Counted from the first letter of the stretch, positions 25,337 to 39,882 are shown. The stretch: 64,000 nucleotides of DNA from Octopus vulgaris (GCA_951406725.2 OX597818.1:108190001-108254000), one strand, 5' to 3'. A program made the numbers and translations. Notes: generated from the sequence alone by a model not told the origin.

Positions 25337-26459
25337 GTGAGCAGACTCTACTGCTGTGGTTTCTTGCGGGCTGATGTTAAAATCAGGTGATGATTTAAGC
25401 TAATCAACCCAAAACAGGAACTGATTCCTTGATGGGCTTCAGCATAGTTTCCATCTCCTAAATTACATTCACAAAGCTTTCAATGACCCAAAGCTATGAT
25501 AAAGACTCTAACCCAAGATTCCAGTTTGTGGGATTGAACCTGAAATCTTACATTTGCCAAGCAAGCTTCTTAGCTGTACAACTGTGCCCACACTCATAGA
25601 TTATATAGCAGAATAATTTGATTCGTTGCTTATTAACATCAAACACCTGACTTTAAATCATGTTTATTGATCTACAGGGACATTGACAGCAAGAGCACAA
25701 TGACAGTCGTTTTCCTAAATGTTAACACCATCTTCCTTTACGGAATCGGGTGTAAAGGAAGATCACTGAAGACAGACTTCTAAGAGTTATTAGTTACTAG
25801 GGTATACAGAGAGAAGTCATTGAAAGAAAAGACTCCTATTGATTCAGTGACTCATAAATGCATTAGGCTCTTAACCTAGTGTTTGCACCCATTATGCAGC
25901 ATTTCAGAGATTAACATCACATCCTGCTCCATTGTCAGAATACATAATAAACCTGGATTAAAAAGAAAAACCTGTAAAAAGGCGAGAGAAAGAAATGGAA
26001 AAGAAAAACAAATTAAAACCAGTTGCGAGCAAATGAAATGAAAATTAATATCTTACAAGAATTACACTGAATATTGATGTCTTTCTCGGAATATTGATGT
26101 CAGAATAGTTATGAATGTAGCTTCAATTATCAAATTAATATACTGACTGTATTATAAGATATATTGATATATTTACAGCATTAATCTTAGCAGAAGTGCA
26201 TCTGAGAATTAAGTGTTACACATTGATACTTTAAGAATAATAGCATTTTGGTGCAGTTTACCTTCAAGGTTGATGTTCTGTACATTTTCCCCGTGTTTAT
26301 TGTTGTTAGAAAAAGCTGTTTTATTAAGTAGTAATATTGAGCTTGGCCAGGATGACAAATTTGCATACATGTTGTATTAATCAGGTATTTTGTTATGTAA
26401 ATGGCAACAAATGATTCATGCAAGTGAGGCAGAAAGATGTATATTGATAGATTTATAAC

Positions 26460-27640
<1,181 letters not shown>

Positions 27641-27932
27641 ATAGATAAATAGATAATAAGTAATGTGTATGTATGCAATATTAACACAGTGACTAACAGG
27701 GTCATTGCTCAAACATTTAAAGCGCCACTACGCATTGGTTTTCAGGCAGATTCAAAGAAACAAAGGAATTATCAGAGAAGCAGAAAAACGCATGAAAACT
27801 CACAAAATACTCTGTGCTACCCATCAACTATACTAAGAACAGGCTCACAAAAAGAATAGGCACACTTTCACACACACACTCACAACTATGTGGTGTGTAT
27901 ATATGTGTGTGTGCACACATATGTGTATGTGT

Positions 27933-30661
27933 TAAAGACCCTTTAAAGACCCTGCAAATGGACAGAGATTTAGAGACATGTTACTTGAAGCCTTCGACGA
28001 AATAGAAGTGGGTATAGCTACACATGGGGTAGAAGATAACTGGGCGCTTCTAAGGGACAACCTGCTGAAAGCCAGTGACCAGATCTGTGGCTGGTGCAAA
28101 GTCCCCTCAAGATGGCCCCAAAATAACGTGGTGGTGGAACAATATTGTTGACAGGGCTATTAGACAAAAGAAACAGGCTTGGGAGGACTGGAAAAACGGT
28201 GGTAGCAGGGAAGCGTATCAGACTGCAAGAAGGGAAGCTAGGAGGCAGGTGTATTTAGCCAGAGGGGAAGCAGATAAGAAAAAATTTGCCAATGTCCTGT
28301 GCCGTGAGGATGAAAGACTTGAGGTATTTTATATTGCAAGACAGTGTGTGAGAAAGAATCGTGACATGGTAGGAGAGAATTGTGTTCGCATGGATGACGG
28401 CTCACCTGCGCTAAATGAGGATGCAAAGAGAGAGGTTTGGAGACGCTACTATGAAAGGTTGTTGAATGAGGAAAATGAATGGGATAAAGAGAGTCTGCCG
28501 AATGTCGACCCAACAGAGGGACCAGCAATCTGGGTTGACAGTTCCTTAGTAGTTAAGGCAATTACAAGCATGAAAACAGGGAAGGCCCCTGGCCCATCAG
28601 GAATTACTGCAGAGATGCTCAAAATATCTGGTAGTGTTGGCTATAGCCTAGTCACCCATATAGTAAACCAGGTGATACATGAAGGAGTCATACCCAATGA
28701 CTGGTGTAGCAGCATAATAGTTAACTGCTACAAAGGTAAAGGTGACACTCTAGATACAAATAACTACAGGGGTATCAAGCTGCTGGATCAGGTAATGAAG
28801 GTCACGGAGAGGATTATAGCCCAACTAATTAGAGAGAGAGTTAGCTTAGATGAGATGCAGTTTGGGTTCGTGCCAGGGAAAAGTACTACTGATGCTATAT
28901 TCCTGGTAAGACAGCTGCAGGAGAAATACCTAGCCAAAGACAAGCCCCTATACCTGGCTTTTGTTGATATGGAGAAAGCCTTCGACAGGGTGCCCCGATC
29001 CCTTATCTGGTGGTCAATGAGGAAACTAGGGATAGATGAATGGTTAGTGAGAGCTGTACGAGCCATGTACAGAGACGCTGCTAGTAAGGTGAGGGTTGGC
29101 ATCGAGTACAGTGAAGAATTCTGGGTAGAGGTTGGGGTCCACCAAGGTTCAGTCCTCAGTCCCCTCCTATTTATCATAGTCCTCCAGGCAATAACGGAGG
29201 AATTCAAGACAGGATGCCCCTGGGAGCTCCACTATGCTGATGACCTTGCTCTAATTGCTGAGTCTCTATCAGAACTGGAGGAGAAGTTTCAGGTGTGGAA
29301 GCAAGGTTTAGAATCAAAGGGCCTTAGAATCAACCTAGCCAAAACCAAAGTCCTAATAAGTAGGAAGGTAGACCAATCATAAACGCCTTCAGGTAGATGG
29401 CCCTTCTCGATCTGTAAAAAAGGCATAGGTAGAAACTCTATAAGATGCACCAAATGTAAGCTATGGACACATAAGAGATGTTGTAAAGTCAAAGGAAGAC
29501 TAACTAGGAAAATAGTTTTTTATCTGTGGCAGATGCTCAGGAGCAATAAACTCTGAAAATATGCAGAGACCAACTTCTACCACGTTCCAGGGAGAAAAAC
29601 TAGAAGTAGTTGATAGCTTCCGCTACCTAGGTGACCAAGTCAGTAGCGGGGGCGGGTGTGCTGAAAGTGTAACTGCTAGAGTAAGAATAGCCTGGGCAAA
29701 GTTTAGAGAGCTCTTACCCCTGCTGGTGACAAAAGGCCTCTCGCTCAAAGTAAAAGGCAGACTGTATGATGCATGTGTACGTACAGCCATGCTACATGGT
29801 AATGAAACTTGGGCTGTGACTGCTGAGGATTTGCGTAAGCTCGCAAGAAATGAAGCTAGGATGCTCCGATGGATGTGTAATGTCAGTGTTCATAATCGAC
29901 AGAGTTTAAGTACCTTGAGAGAAAAGTTGAACCTAAGAAGCATCAGTTGTTGTGTTCAAGAGATACGTTTGTGCTGGTATGGTCATGTGACGAGAATGGC
30001 TGAAGATAGTTGTGTGCGAAAGTGCCACAACCTGGCAGTTGAGGGGACCTGTGGAAGAGGTAGACCCAGGAAAACCTGGGATGAGGTGGTGAAGCACGAC
30101 CTTTGAACTTTAGGTCTCACCAAGGAAATGACTAGAGGCCGAGACCTATGGAAGTATGCTGTGCGTGAGAAGACCCGACAAGACTAGTGAGAACAGTCAA
30201 AATCGAAATCAAAATCAAACCAAATCAAATCAGATATCAGAAAGCAGAACCAAAATTGAGGTCAATCAACATCAGTGAAAATTGCAGCTGTGGTTAAGCG
30301 AACCATACGATCGTGGCCGTTGCCAGCACCGCCCTGTCTGGCCTCCGTGCCGGTGGCATGTAAAAGCACCATCCGTTCGTGTCCGTTGCCAGCCTCACCT
30401 GGACCCCGTGCCGGTGGCATGTAAAAGCACCATCCGTTCGTGGCCGTTTGCCAGCTCCGTCAGGCACCTGTGCGGGTGGCACGTAAAAAGCACCCACTAC
30501 ACTCACGGAGTGGTTGGCGTTAGGAAGGGCATCCAGCTGTAGAAACACTGCCAGATCAGACTGGGCCTGATGCAGCCTTCCGGCTTCACAGACCCCAGTT
30601 GAACCATCCAACCCATGCTAGCATGGAAAGCGGACGCTAAATGATGATGATGATGATGATG

Positions 30662-30662
<1 letters not shown>
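27933..30662 (+). mobile_element. 5'-truncated RTE-clade LINE
   Basis: RT ORF, C-terminal RTE motifs (ETWA, RMLRWM, WYGHVTRM, GRGRPRKTW), a structured 3' tail and a (GAT)n terminus. The AP endonuclease domain is missing. Confidence 0.95.
28075..30106 (+). pseudogene. RTE reverse transcriptase ORF, disrupted by a stop at 29380 and a frameshift near 29520
   Basis: KAPGPSG, NYRGIKLL, QFGFVPG, FVDMEKAFD, GVHQGSVLSPLLF, YADD, KTK, then FRYLGD in the 29561-30106 ORF. Confidence 0.95.
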
Positions 30663-30714
<52 letters not shown>

Positions 30715-30850
30715 AAATAACTGCCAGCTCAGAAGAGCACAAAGTTACTTAACTGGACTGTTTTCTAACAACCCATTACACCCCAGGGCGAAACTGATTG
30801 GTGAGATCAGCCATAATGGATGTATGATACATACTGTACACTTTGATTAA

Positions 30851-30900
<50 letters not shown>

Positions 30901-30903
<3 letters not shown>

Positions 30904-31499
30904 AACTTGACATACCTCGGTAAACAAGTGACACCACGTGTGAAACAAGATCTTCGTCCGCGTAAAACGATGTTGTGCGTTTGGTGGGACCGGGAAGGGA
31001 TTATCCATTATGAATTGCCTGAACGGAACCAAACAGTCAATGCGGAACTCTATGTTCAACAGATGGAACGACTCAACACTGCTATTCAAGAGAAAAGACC
31101 TAATCGTCAGCATGGAGTTCTTCTGCTGCACGACAACGCCCGCCCTCATATCGCCAATGTGACCAAGGAAGCCATTCAAACGCATGGCGGGGAAGTGCTG
31201 CAACACCCACCGTACTCTCCAGATTTGGCACCAACGGATTTCTACTTCTTTCAGTCTCTTTCAAATGCTATGCATAGAGTTTTGTTCAATACTGATACAG
31301 AATTGAGAGCTTGGCTGGATCAATTATTTGAGTCAAAATCAGGGGATTTCTACCAACAAGGTACTGAAAATCTTGTTGAACATTGGGAAGAAGTTGTAAA
31401 CAACAGGGTGAATACATTATTGATTAATTAGTTACTTTTTATTAAACTTTAAAAAAATTTTAATTTACAAAAATGGCGGGAACTTAGTTGCCAACCTAA

Positions 31500-31501
<2 letters not shown>
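30901..31501 (+). mobile_element. Mariner 3' half with DD34D catalytic domain
   Basis: KTMLCVWWD, HDNARPH and HPPYSPDLAPTD. The right TIR-like end is gggaacttagttgccaacctaa followed by TA. Confidence 0.92.
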
Positions 31502-32029
<528 letters not shown>

Positions 32030-33320
32030 TGTCAGCTCCGATCCCGTTGACCAATGATTAAAAGCATCCCAAGCTTAGCCATGTCTTTAGTTTTGACACA
32101 GTCCATCTTGGACGTTCTCTGCTCTGATCCTTTTATAAAAAAAAAAAAAAATCAGTTGTGAGTGACTTAAATGAGATTTAGTCGACTGTCTATTTCTAGC
32201 AGATGATGTGATCCACTGCTGATGGTAACAGAAACAGTCATAGCAATGATGATGATGATGATGATGATGATGATGTCTTTTTGTACCTAAAGCCTGAAGC
32301 ATAAACCAATCGCATAACAGAGATATTCTGTAATATTCTTCGCCCCACAGACACAATACAAAACACAATTGACCAAAACAACAACACAAAAAATATGGAA
32401 CAATGTATTTATGAAAAGTTTTCATTTCAGAATTCACCATTGCTCATGGCTACGGTTTCATAAAGAGAGAAAGACATGTGGGTGGGACTTCTTTTAAGGA
32501 AAACTTAACCAGAAAATATGCCTGGGATAAAAAGAAAAAGAAAAAGGATGCAAATGCAAATAGAAGAAAAGGAAGAAAGGGAGAAAAGAAAGAAAGAAAG
32601 AAAGAGAGAAGGAAAGAAAAAAGAAAGAAAAGGAGAAAGAAAGAAGGAAAGAAAGAAAATTCTAAGTAAAACTTATGAAGTGAAAATGAAATTGTGTTTG
32701 TGTTGACGATGCATTTTAAAATTAATGTGAATGACAAGTGTTCATGAAAAACATATTGCAGAGCAGATAATAAAAGTGGTTGCATGAAGAGGGAAGCGAA
32801 AAACCAACCACAACAAATGAATGAATGAATGAATAAAAATTTCTAAAAAAAAGAAAGTCAAGGGAATTTATTCAAATGAATAAATTAAAAACTATCTGTT
32901 TTCCGTCAACGTCACAGTTCGTTGAGGCTTTATTGAATTTTAAAACCCAAGCTGTTGATTATGTTCATTCTGGTTTTAATTTGGAAATATAAAGGACAGT
33001 TCCATTATGTCATTTGGACTTTTGCCTCACTGCTTTTTATTCTTTTATTAAAAAAAAAAACCTATGGTTAGATAGTAAATTTTAATTGTTATGTCTAATT
33101 TTTTTCCTTTTCCTATCTTAATTTGGGATGTTGTAATACAATCTTAATTCAATTATTACAACTTTAAATGCTTTATTACAATTTGAAAACATGATTTTAA
33201 TCACTAGCTTATTATTTTGAAATTTGCATCATAAATTACCCTCCTTTGCGGCTCAGCTCTAAAATCATAATACAAATATCATTTAAATATGATGGACACC
33301 TCGTATATTTATAAAGATAT

Positions 33321-33463
33321 TTCTGTGTTCCTTTCTGTTGAAGAGCATGGGCTCGAAACGTAAAAGACTTTCTCACTTCCCGAGCGTAAAACTAATACAT
33401 CTGTTTGTTGTTTACACACCCATCTTCGTCTTTTGTTTTGTTTATTCTTTTGTAAATTCCAAC
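33321..33463 (+). mobile_element. Short Penelope-pLTR-like element with a variant hammerhead motif
   Basis: cttt CTGTTGA a gagc-atgg-gctc GAAAC GTA aaag at 33331-33366. Related copies at 33594-33661, 48365-48495 and 50906-51063(-). Confidence 0.6.
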
Positions 33464-33713
33464 TATATATATATATCATCAACATCGTTTAACGTCTGCT
33501 TTCCATGCTGGTATGGGTTGGACGGTTTGACTGAGGACTGGTGAGCCAGATACATACATACATACATATATATATATACTAATACATATGCATACTAATA
33601 CATCTGTTTGTTTTGTACACCACCTGTCTTCGTCTTTTGGTTTTTTCGTAAACTCTCCCTACATATATATATATATATATATACACACATACATACATAC
33701 ATGCATACATACA

Positions 33714-33741
<28 letters not shown>

Positions 33742-33744
<3 letters not shown>

Positions 33745-34101
33745 GGCCCAGTGGTTAAGGCAGCAGACTCATGGTCAAAGGATTGCAGTTACGATTCCCA
33801 GCATAAGAGGTATCAGATGTGGTGTGCAAGAGAGATCATAGTTGTGGCAGAGGGTGGTGGCCAACCCTGCTGTACTCTTTCACCACAACTTTCTCTCACT
33901 CTTTCTTCCTGTTCCTGTTGTACCTGTATTTCAAAAAGTCAGCCTTGCCACACACTGTGTCATGCTGAATTTCCCCGAGAACTATGTTAAGGGTACATGT
34001 GTCTGTGGAGTGCTCAGCCACTTGCACATTAATTTCAAGAGCAGGCTGTTCCATCAATCGTATCAGCTGGGTTCCACATCGTTGTAACCGATGGACTGTC
34101 A

Positions 34102-34103
<2 letters not shown>
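33742..34103 (+). mobile_element. tRNA-derived SINE (family C head, different tail) with a 46-bp foreign insert
   Basis: Head tggcccagtggttaaggcagcagactc matches 59885(-). The body matches 59700-59760(-). The 3' tail is unrelated. Confidence 0.75.
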
Positions 34104-34147
<44 letters not shown>

Positions 34148-35055
34148 CTCATCATCATCGTCCATTTTTTATGCTGGCATGGATTGGACGGTTTGACTGA
34201 GTTCTGGAGAGCTAGTGGTTGCACCAGGCTGAAATTTCGAAGATCATACTTCACCACCTCGCCCCATGTCCTCCTTGGTCTACCTCTACCACCAGCACCA
34301 GTCACAACTATGATCTCTCTTGCACACCACATCTGATACCTCTTATGCCCAATTTTTCTCTCAAGTCGCTTACACTCTGCCGTACATGCACACTGACATT
34401 GAGCATCCAGTGGAGCATACCAGATTCCTTTCTTTCAAGCTTTTGCATGCCTTCCACCATCAAAGCCCATGTTTCACTGCCATGGAGCTTGGCTGTTCCC
34501 CATACAGTCTGTCTTTCATTCTGAGGCAGAAGCCCTTTGCCATCAACAGAGGAAGAAGCTCTCTGAACTTTGCCAGTCAATTCTTATTGTAGCATCTATG
34601 CTCTCAGAGCATCATTTTCTTCCACTGCTGACTCGGTCACCTGGGTAATGAAAGCTATCAACTACTTCACAGTATTACCCCTGGCATCTGATGGAGTCTG
34701 TTACCTGTATACCAGTTAACCTTCCTCTGATATTGCTACACCTCTTATGTATCCATAGCTTGCACCACTACACCTTACAGAGATTCTACCTTTTCTGCAT
34801 ATTGAGCAGGGTCTTTACCTGAAGGGATTCATGATTTGTCAGCTTTCCTACTAAGACTTTGGTTTTTGGTAAATTAACTCTAAGGCCTTTTGATTCTAGA
34901 CCTTGCTTCCTCACCTGAAATTTTTTCTCCAGTTCTGATAGTAATTCAGCATAGAGGAGCTTCCAGGGGCAGCCAGTCTTAAATTCCTGTTATTAATTGG
35001 AGGACTATGATAAACAAGAAGGGACTAAGGACTGACTCTTGGTGGATTCCTACTA
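34148..35055 (-). mobile_element. Decayed, deleted copy of the RTE LINE family of 27933
   Basis: LHGSETWA, MLHWMLNVSVH, GRGRPRRTW and a (GAT) tail on the minus strand. Confidence 0.9.
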
Positions 35056-35070
35056 GTGTATATATATATC

Positions 35071-35300
35071 ATTTACTTGTTTCAGTCATTAAACTGTGGC
35101 CATGATGGGGCACTACACTGAAAGGTTTTAGTTGAACAAATCAACCCCAGAAGTTATTTTTTATATCTGGTATTTATTCTGTTGGTTACTTTTGTCTCAC
35201 AAGACTTTGGTTGGCCCAGGGCTATAATAGAAGACACTCGCCCAGGGTACCACACAGTGGGACTGAACTTAAGGACCATGTGGTTGGGAAGCAAGCTCCT
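35071..35300 (-). mobile_element. SINE family A, deleted
   Basis: The 3' end and head are present and the middle is missing. Confidence 0.7.
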
Positions 35301-35307
35301 TATATAT

Positions 35308-35632
35308 ACAGAGGTTGAAAAGCTTGCCGTCCATTCTGTACGAGATCTCGATGCCAGGTGGAAGGTCATCTCGTATGATGTGCAACAATGTCACGATAAA
35401 GATGGTAAAGAGAGTTGGCGCTATCGCGCAGCTTTGCTTCACTCCAGGGGTGACTTTAAAGGGCTCAGAACTGCCTCCGTCAATCTGGACTCTGGCGTGC
35501 ATATTGTCGTGGAGGAGTTTGAGGATCCAAATGAACTTATCTGGGCATCCATACTGGGCGAGAATCTCCCAGAGGAGCTCTCGCGAGACATGATCAAAGG
35601 CTTTGGATAGGTCGATAAAGGCCAAATAGCAG
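35308..35632 (-). pseudogene. RT fragment of a second RTE (BovB-like) family
   Basis: LAFIDLSKAFDHVSRELLW..GCPDKF..LHDNM..GVKQSCAIAPTLF..YRMDGKLFNL. Confidence 0.88.
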
Positions 35633-36334
35633 AAAGAAAGAGAGAGAGAGATTAGAGTTTGACTTCCCAATTGTAACTCTTCTACTCTGTCAAATCTCTA
35701 TTTCAACATTTCAGTTTGACTTAAATTACAAACATTTTTTTTTTACTTTTCTCTCTTTAGTTTTACATTCATTTTTAAATAATGTTTACAATTTGTGATA
35801 ACTTTTTGCAAATATGAATTATTAAGTCATCTTTACAATTAAATATCCTTCCTACAAGTTGCCCACAGTTGGCTGTCAAGCAAACACAGTTATATCCCTT
35901 GTTCAAATCTACAAAATGCTTGCTGCATGAAGTTTTGAGCTTCTGAACATGTGAATATTTGTCTGGTAAACCTACCTACCAGTCATCGGGCCTAATCGAC
36001 ATCGTTATTACATTATAATTACAATATAAATATTGTCCCTTCTGTTTTCATTACCACACAAACACATTTATCTATGTTATCATTTTGTTACGATGACAGC
36101 ATAATTTTGTGAGTCATACGATAATTACAACCGGTACAATTTAATTTCAAATTGCATTTTATAATTTCAGCATTATTATAAATCTTAACATCTAGAATAT
36201 TCCATGGCATGTTAAAAATATAATTTCTGCTGAAAATAAACTGGTCTGCCATCAGATAGGAATATTAAAGCTGGAATAGAAGAAGGTTGGTTAAGCACTC
36301 CACAAAATCAAATAACTTTGTTTTCTTTGGAATT

Positions 36335-36381
36335 TATCATTATCATCATCATCATTTCATTATTTATTGTTATTATTATTA

Positions 36382-36445
<64 letters not shown>

Positions 36446-36448
36446 TAC

Positions 36449-36511
<63 letters not shown>

Positions 36512-36520
36512 GATTATTAT
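36335..36520. repeat. (TTA)n microsatellite
   Basis: Directly visible. Confidence 0.95.
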
Positions 36521-37130
36521 TTTGTTGTTGCTGTTGTTACTTTGTGAATTATAATTTTTCTCTTCTAAACAGAAGCAGAATCGGGATGAGTAAATCTGGT
36601 ATAATCTCTCTCTCTATCTCGTTATATTTTAATTCTTCATTTTCCTAGTCATCACTGTTATCCACATTGACAGCATCATTGATACTGATGCCAACATCAT
36701 CACCATCATCATCATCATCATCGTTCTTATCATAAATGTCATCCTCAATGTTATCAACATCCTTATTGTCATCTTCATCCTTCCCATCCTCTTCATCATC
36801 ATCATCGTCGTCGTCGTCGTCGTCGTCATTGTCACCATCTTCATTATTCTCATCATCACCATGGATGTCAGTCCCATTGTTGTTATCATCCTCGGTGTTT
36901 AATTAAGGAAAGGATGAAACCAAAACAATGCTGTGGAATTTTTCGTAATTTTCGATTTGCATAAATCTATCTACCACGTGTTTTTGTCGTTGAGTTTTCT
37001 GGGTGTGAAGCAATCAGTATTCTGGGTATACATTTGTTAAATAACTTGCAAATTGCAGCCAAAGTTAAAGGTCAGACAATGAGTCCGCAATGTTAGGAAT
37101 ATGGAAAGATGGGAAGTAGAATCTAATATT

Positions 37131-37362
37131 ATTTCTTTACTACCCACAAGGGGCTAAACATAGAGAGGATAAACAAGGACAGACAAAGGAATTAAGTTGA
37201 TTACATCGACCCCAGTGCATAACTGGTATTTAATTTATCGACCCTGAAAGGATGAAAGGCAAAGTTGACTTCGGCAGAATTTGAACTCAGAACATAACGG
37301 CAGACAAAATACTGCTAAGAATTCCGCCCGGCATGCTAACGTTTCTGCCAGCTCGCTGCCTT
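37131..37362 (-). mobile_element. SINE family B, full length with 18-bp TSD
   Basis: gaagt(a/g)gaatctaatatt at 37113-37130 and 37363-37380. Confidence 0.9.
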
Positions 37363-37905
37363 GAAGTGGAATCTAATATTGTTACTATTAGAATTGTTGC
37401 ATTATTTTACTATCTTTCTCGCTCTAACATCTATTAATTTCTCTCTCAGATTTCTTTTAACCATAGTTTGGCATAGTGCTTGGCCATTTTATTCTTGCTG
37501 CCAGAATATGATGAAGAGATTGCAAATGCAAAATGTCAGTGATCTCCAAGGACTAACTGTATATGGAGATCAAACATGGAATATTTTTGGTGACTAACTT
37601 TTAAAAAAAATGCTTTGATAAACTAACGGCCATAATTCTTGATGACTGCCAAACTTCCATTTATTATCTGCAGTTTAGATAATACATTGAATTGTATAAG
37701 AGGAAAGCAAAGCGAAGGAGGTGGACCTGAAAGACATGGGACTGAACGATAGTAAACCTAACACAGCATTTGATTTAATGCAAGGAAGCAGTCCTTTGAT
37801 ACTTCTAGTGAAGATCATTTTGTTGCAAGTATTCAGAGCACAACATTTTCCCTCCTCCTTAACCTCATTACTCTCGAAAATATTGACCAGTGAATATTTG
37901 CATTA

Positions 37906-38112
37906 AATTTTGGAACAAGACCAACAATTTCAAGAGAGGTGCTAAGTCAATTACATCAACCACAGTACTCAACCTGTACTTATTTTATCGACCCCAAAAT
38001 GAAGGAAGGTTATGTTGACCTTGGTGAAAATTGAGCTCAGAGCATAAAGACATCAAGACAGACAAAATGCCACAAAGCATCTTGCCTGGTGACCTAATGA
38101 GTCTACCAGCTT
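37906..38112 (-). mobile_element. SINE family B, decayed
   Basis: gtacttattttatcgacccc match. Confidence 0.6.
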
Positions 38113-38154
38113 ACACCTTATTAATAATAATAATAACAATAATAATGATAATAA

Positions 38155-38527
38155 TAGAAATCAAACTAAGCTGGATCATAGATATAGCATGCCCAGCCGG
38201 CAACAAGGTATGCGATAAGGAAGAAAGAGTAGTCGATAGATATGACAGGTTAGCTTGGGAAGTTAAGCAGTTGTGGTCGATGAAAAAGGTAGTAGTTGTA
38301 CCAAAAATTGTTGGAGCCCTGGGAAAACTGAGCAAAAATCGCGAGAAGTATGTCGAACAAATAGGGGATGCATTAAGGGTGGAGCACTTAGAGAAAACAG
38401 CACTGCCTGGAACCGCTTAAATACTCTGGAAGGTGCTCGAAAAATAAGAGATGTTACCTTAATTCAATGATAGTGAACAGCTGACACTGTTGTACATCTT
38501 CAGCGTTAAAAGCTGTGCAAAGGCAAT
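38155..38527 (+). mobile_element. R4/Dong-like RLE 3' fragment between (TAA)n tracts
   Basis: IIDIACP..KEERVVDRYDRLAWEVKQLW..VVPKIVGALG. Same family as 633-950. Confidence 0.85.
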
Positions 38528-38528
38528 A

Positions 38529-38570
<42 letters not shown>

Positions 38571-38601
38571 GATAATAACGATAATAATAATAATAATAAC
38601 G

Positions 38602-38651
<50 letters not shown>

Positions 38652-38676
38652 GATAATAATAATAATGATAATGATG

Positions 38677-38726
<50 letters not shown>

Positions 38727-39818
38727 TTCGGAATTAGAGATAGACATACAAGAAACAAGCACAGAAAAAGCTAAGCGCATGAAAACCCGTGCCAAAACTG
38801 CGACCTTAGATATTCTGAATAATAAATGGCAAGAAAAACCTTTCTATGGCAAATACCAAAAGAGAGCGAATAATGCAGATATTGACAAAGCCCTGACCCA
38901 TCAATGGCTAATGGCCTCTGGCTTAAAATCTGAAACAGAGGGGTTTATCATAGCAGCTCAAGATCAATGCCTACCAACAAGAAACTACCAGGCCAACATA
39001 TTAAAGAACGGCAGTAGCCCAACATGTTGTGTATGCCGACAACAAAATGAAACCATTGATCATGTTGTCTCCAAATGCAGTCTTCTAGCGCCTACAGAGT
39101 ACCTCAACAGGCATGATAGAGCTGCACAATATATTCACTGGGTAATTTGCAAAAACCTGGATTTGCCCCATGAAAAAAACTGGTGGGAACACAATCCACC
39201 TCCAGTGCTTGAAAATGACCACATCTCACTCCTCTGGAACTTCACCATTCAAACTGACAGGAAGATAGATGCAAATAGGCCAGACATCATATTGAAAGAC
39301 TTCAGACAAAGAATATGCCTCCTCATTGATATGACTGTCCCAATCGATATAAATGTATCTGTCAAGACCTACCAAAAACTGAGCAAATATAAAGATCTTG
39401 AAATAGAAATCAGCAAAATGTGGAAGCTGAAGACTAAAACAATACCTGTTGTCATAGGTGCCCTGGGAATGATAGTGAAAGGGACTAATTGCTACATAAC
39501 TCAGATACCAGGAAACCCCAAAATGGCAGAAATTCAAAAGATAGTGCTCATGGGAACTGCTCATATCCTACGCAAAATACTCTCTATGTAATCCCAAGGT
39601 TTAAAACAAACTTTTTTTTATTTATTTATTTTATTTTATCTTATCTTATTATTTCTTTTTTTAATTTTATTTTTATGTATTAGACATTCACTAGTACAAC
39701 ACCCCCCAAAAAAAAAACCCCAAATATATGGCACAGAACTTCCAACCTGTTGTCTCTTGAGGTCTCTGGGTGAGACTTGGAGCCAACTTGTACAGACATA
39801 AGGCAAAAGTCAAACATA

Positions 39819-39820
<2 letters not shown>
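38727..39820 (+). mobile_element. 5'-truncated R4/Dong-like retrotransposon (second family) flanked by (TAA)n
   Basis: Open frame to 39591 with TEGFIIAAQDQ, CCHC knuckle CCVC..ETIDHVVSKC, RHD, NRPDII..D..K..KY and IPVVIGALG. The 3' UTR is followed by (TAA)n at 39821. Confidence 0.92.
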
Positions 39821-39863
<43 letters not shown>

Positions 39864-39882
39864 TGATAATTTCAAATTGCAA

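Noticed and set aside
30901-31431. SETMAR-like host gene
   Set aside because: There is no SET domain, it is 5'-truncated at (TA)n and it ends in a TIR, so it is a plain mariner fragment.
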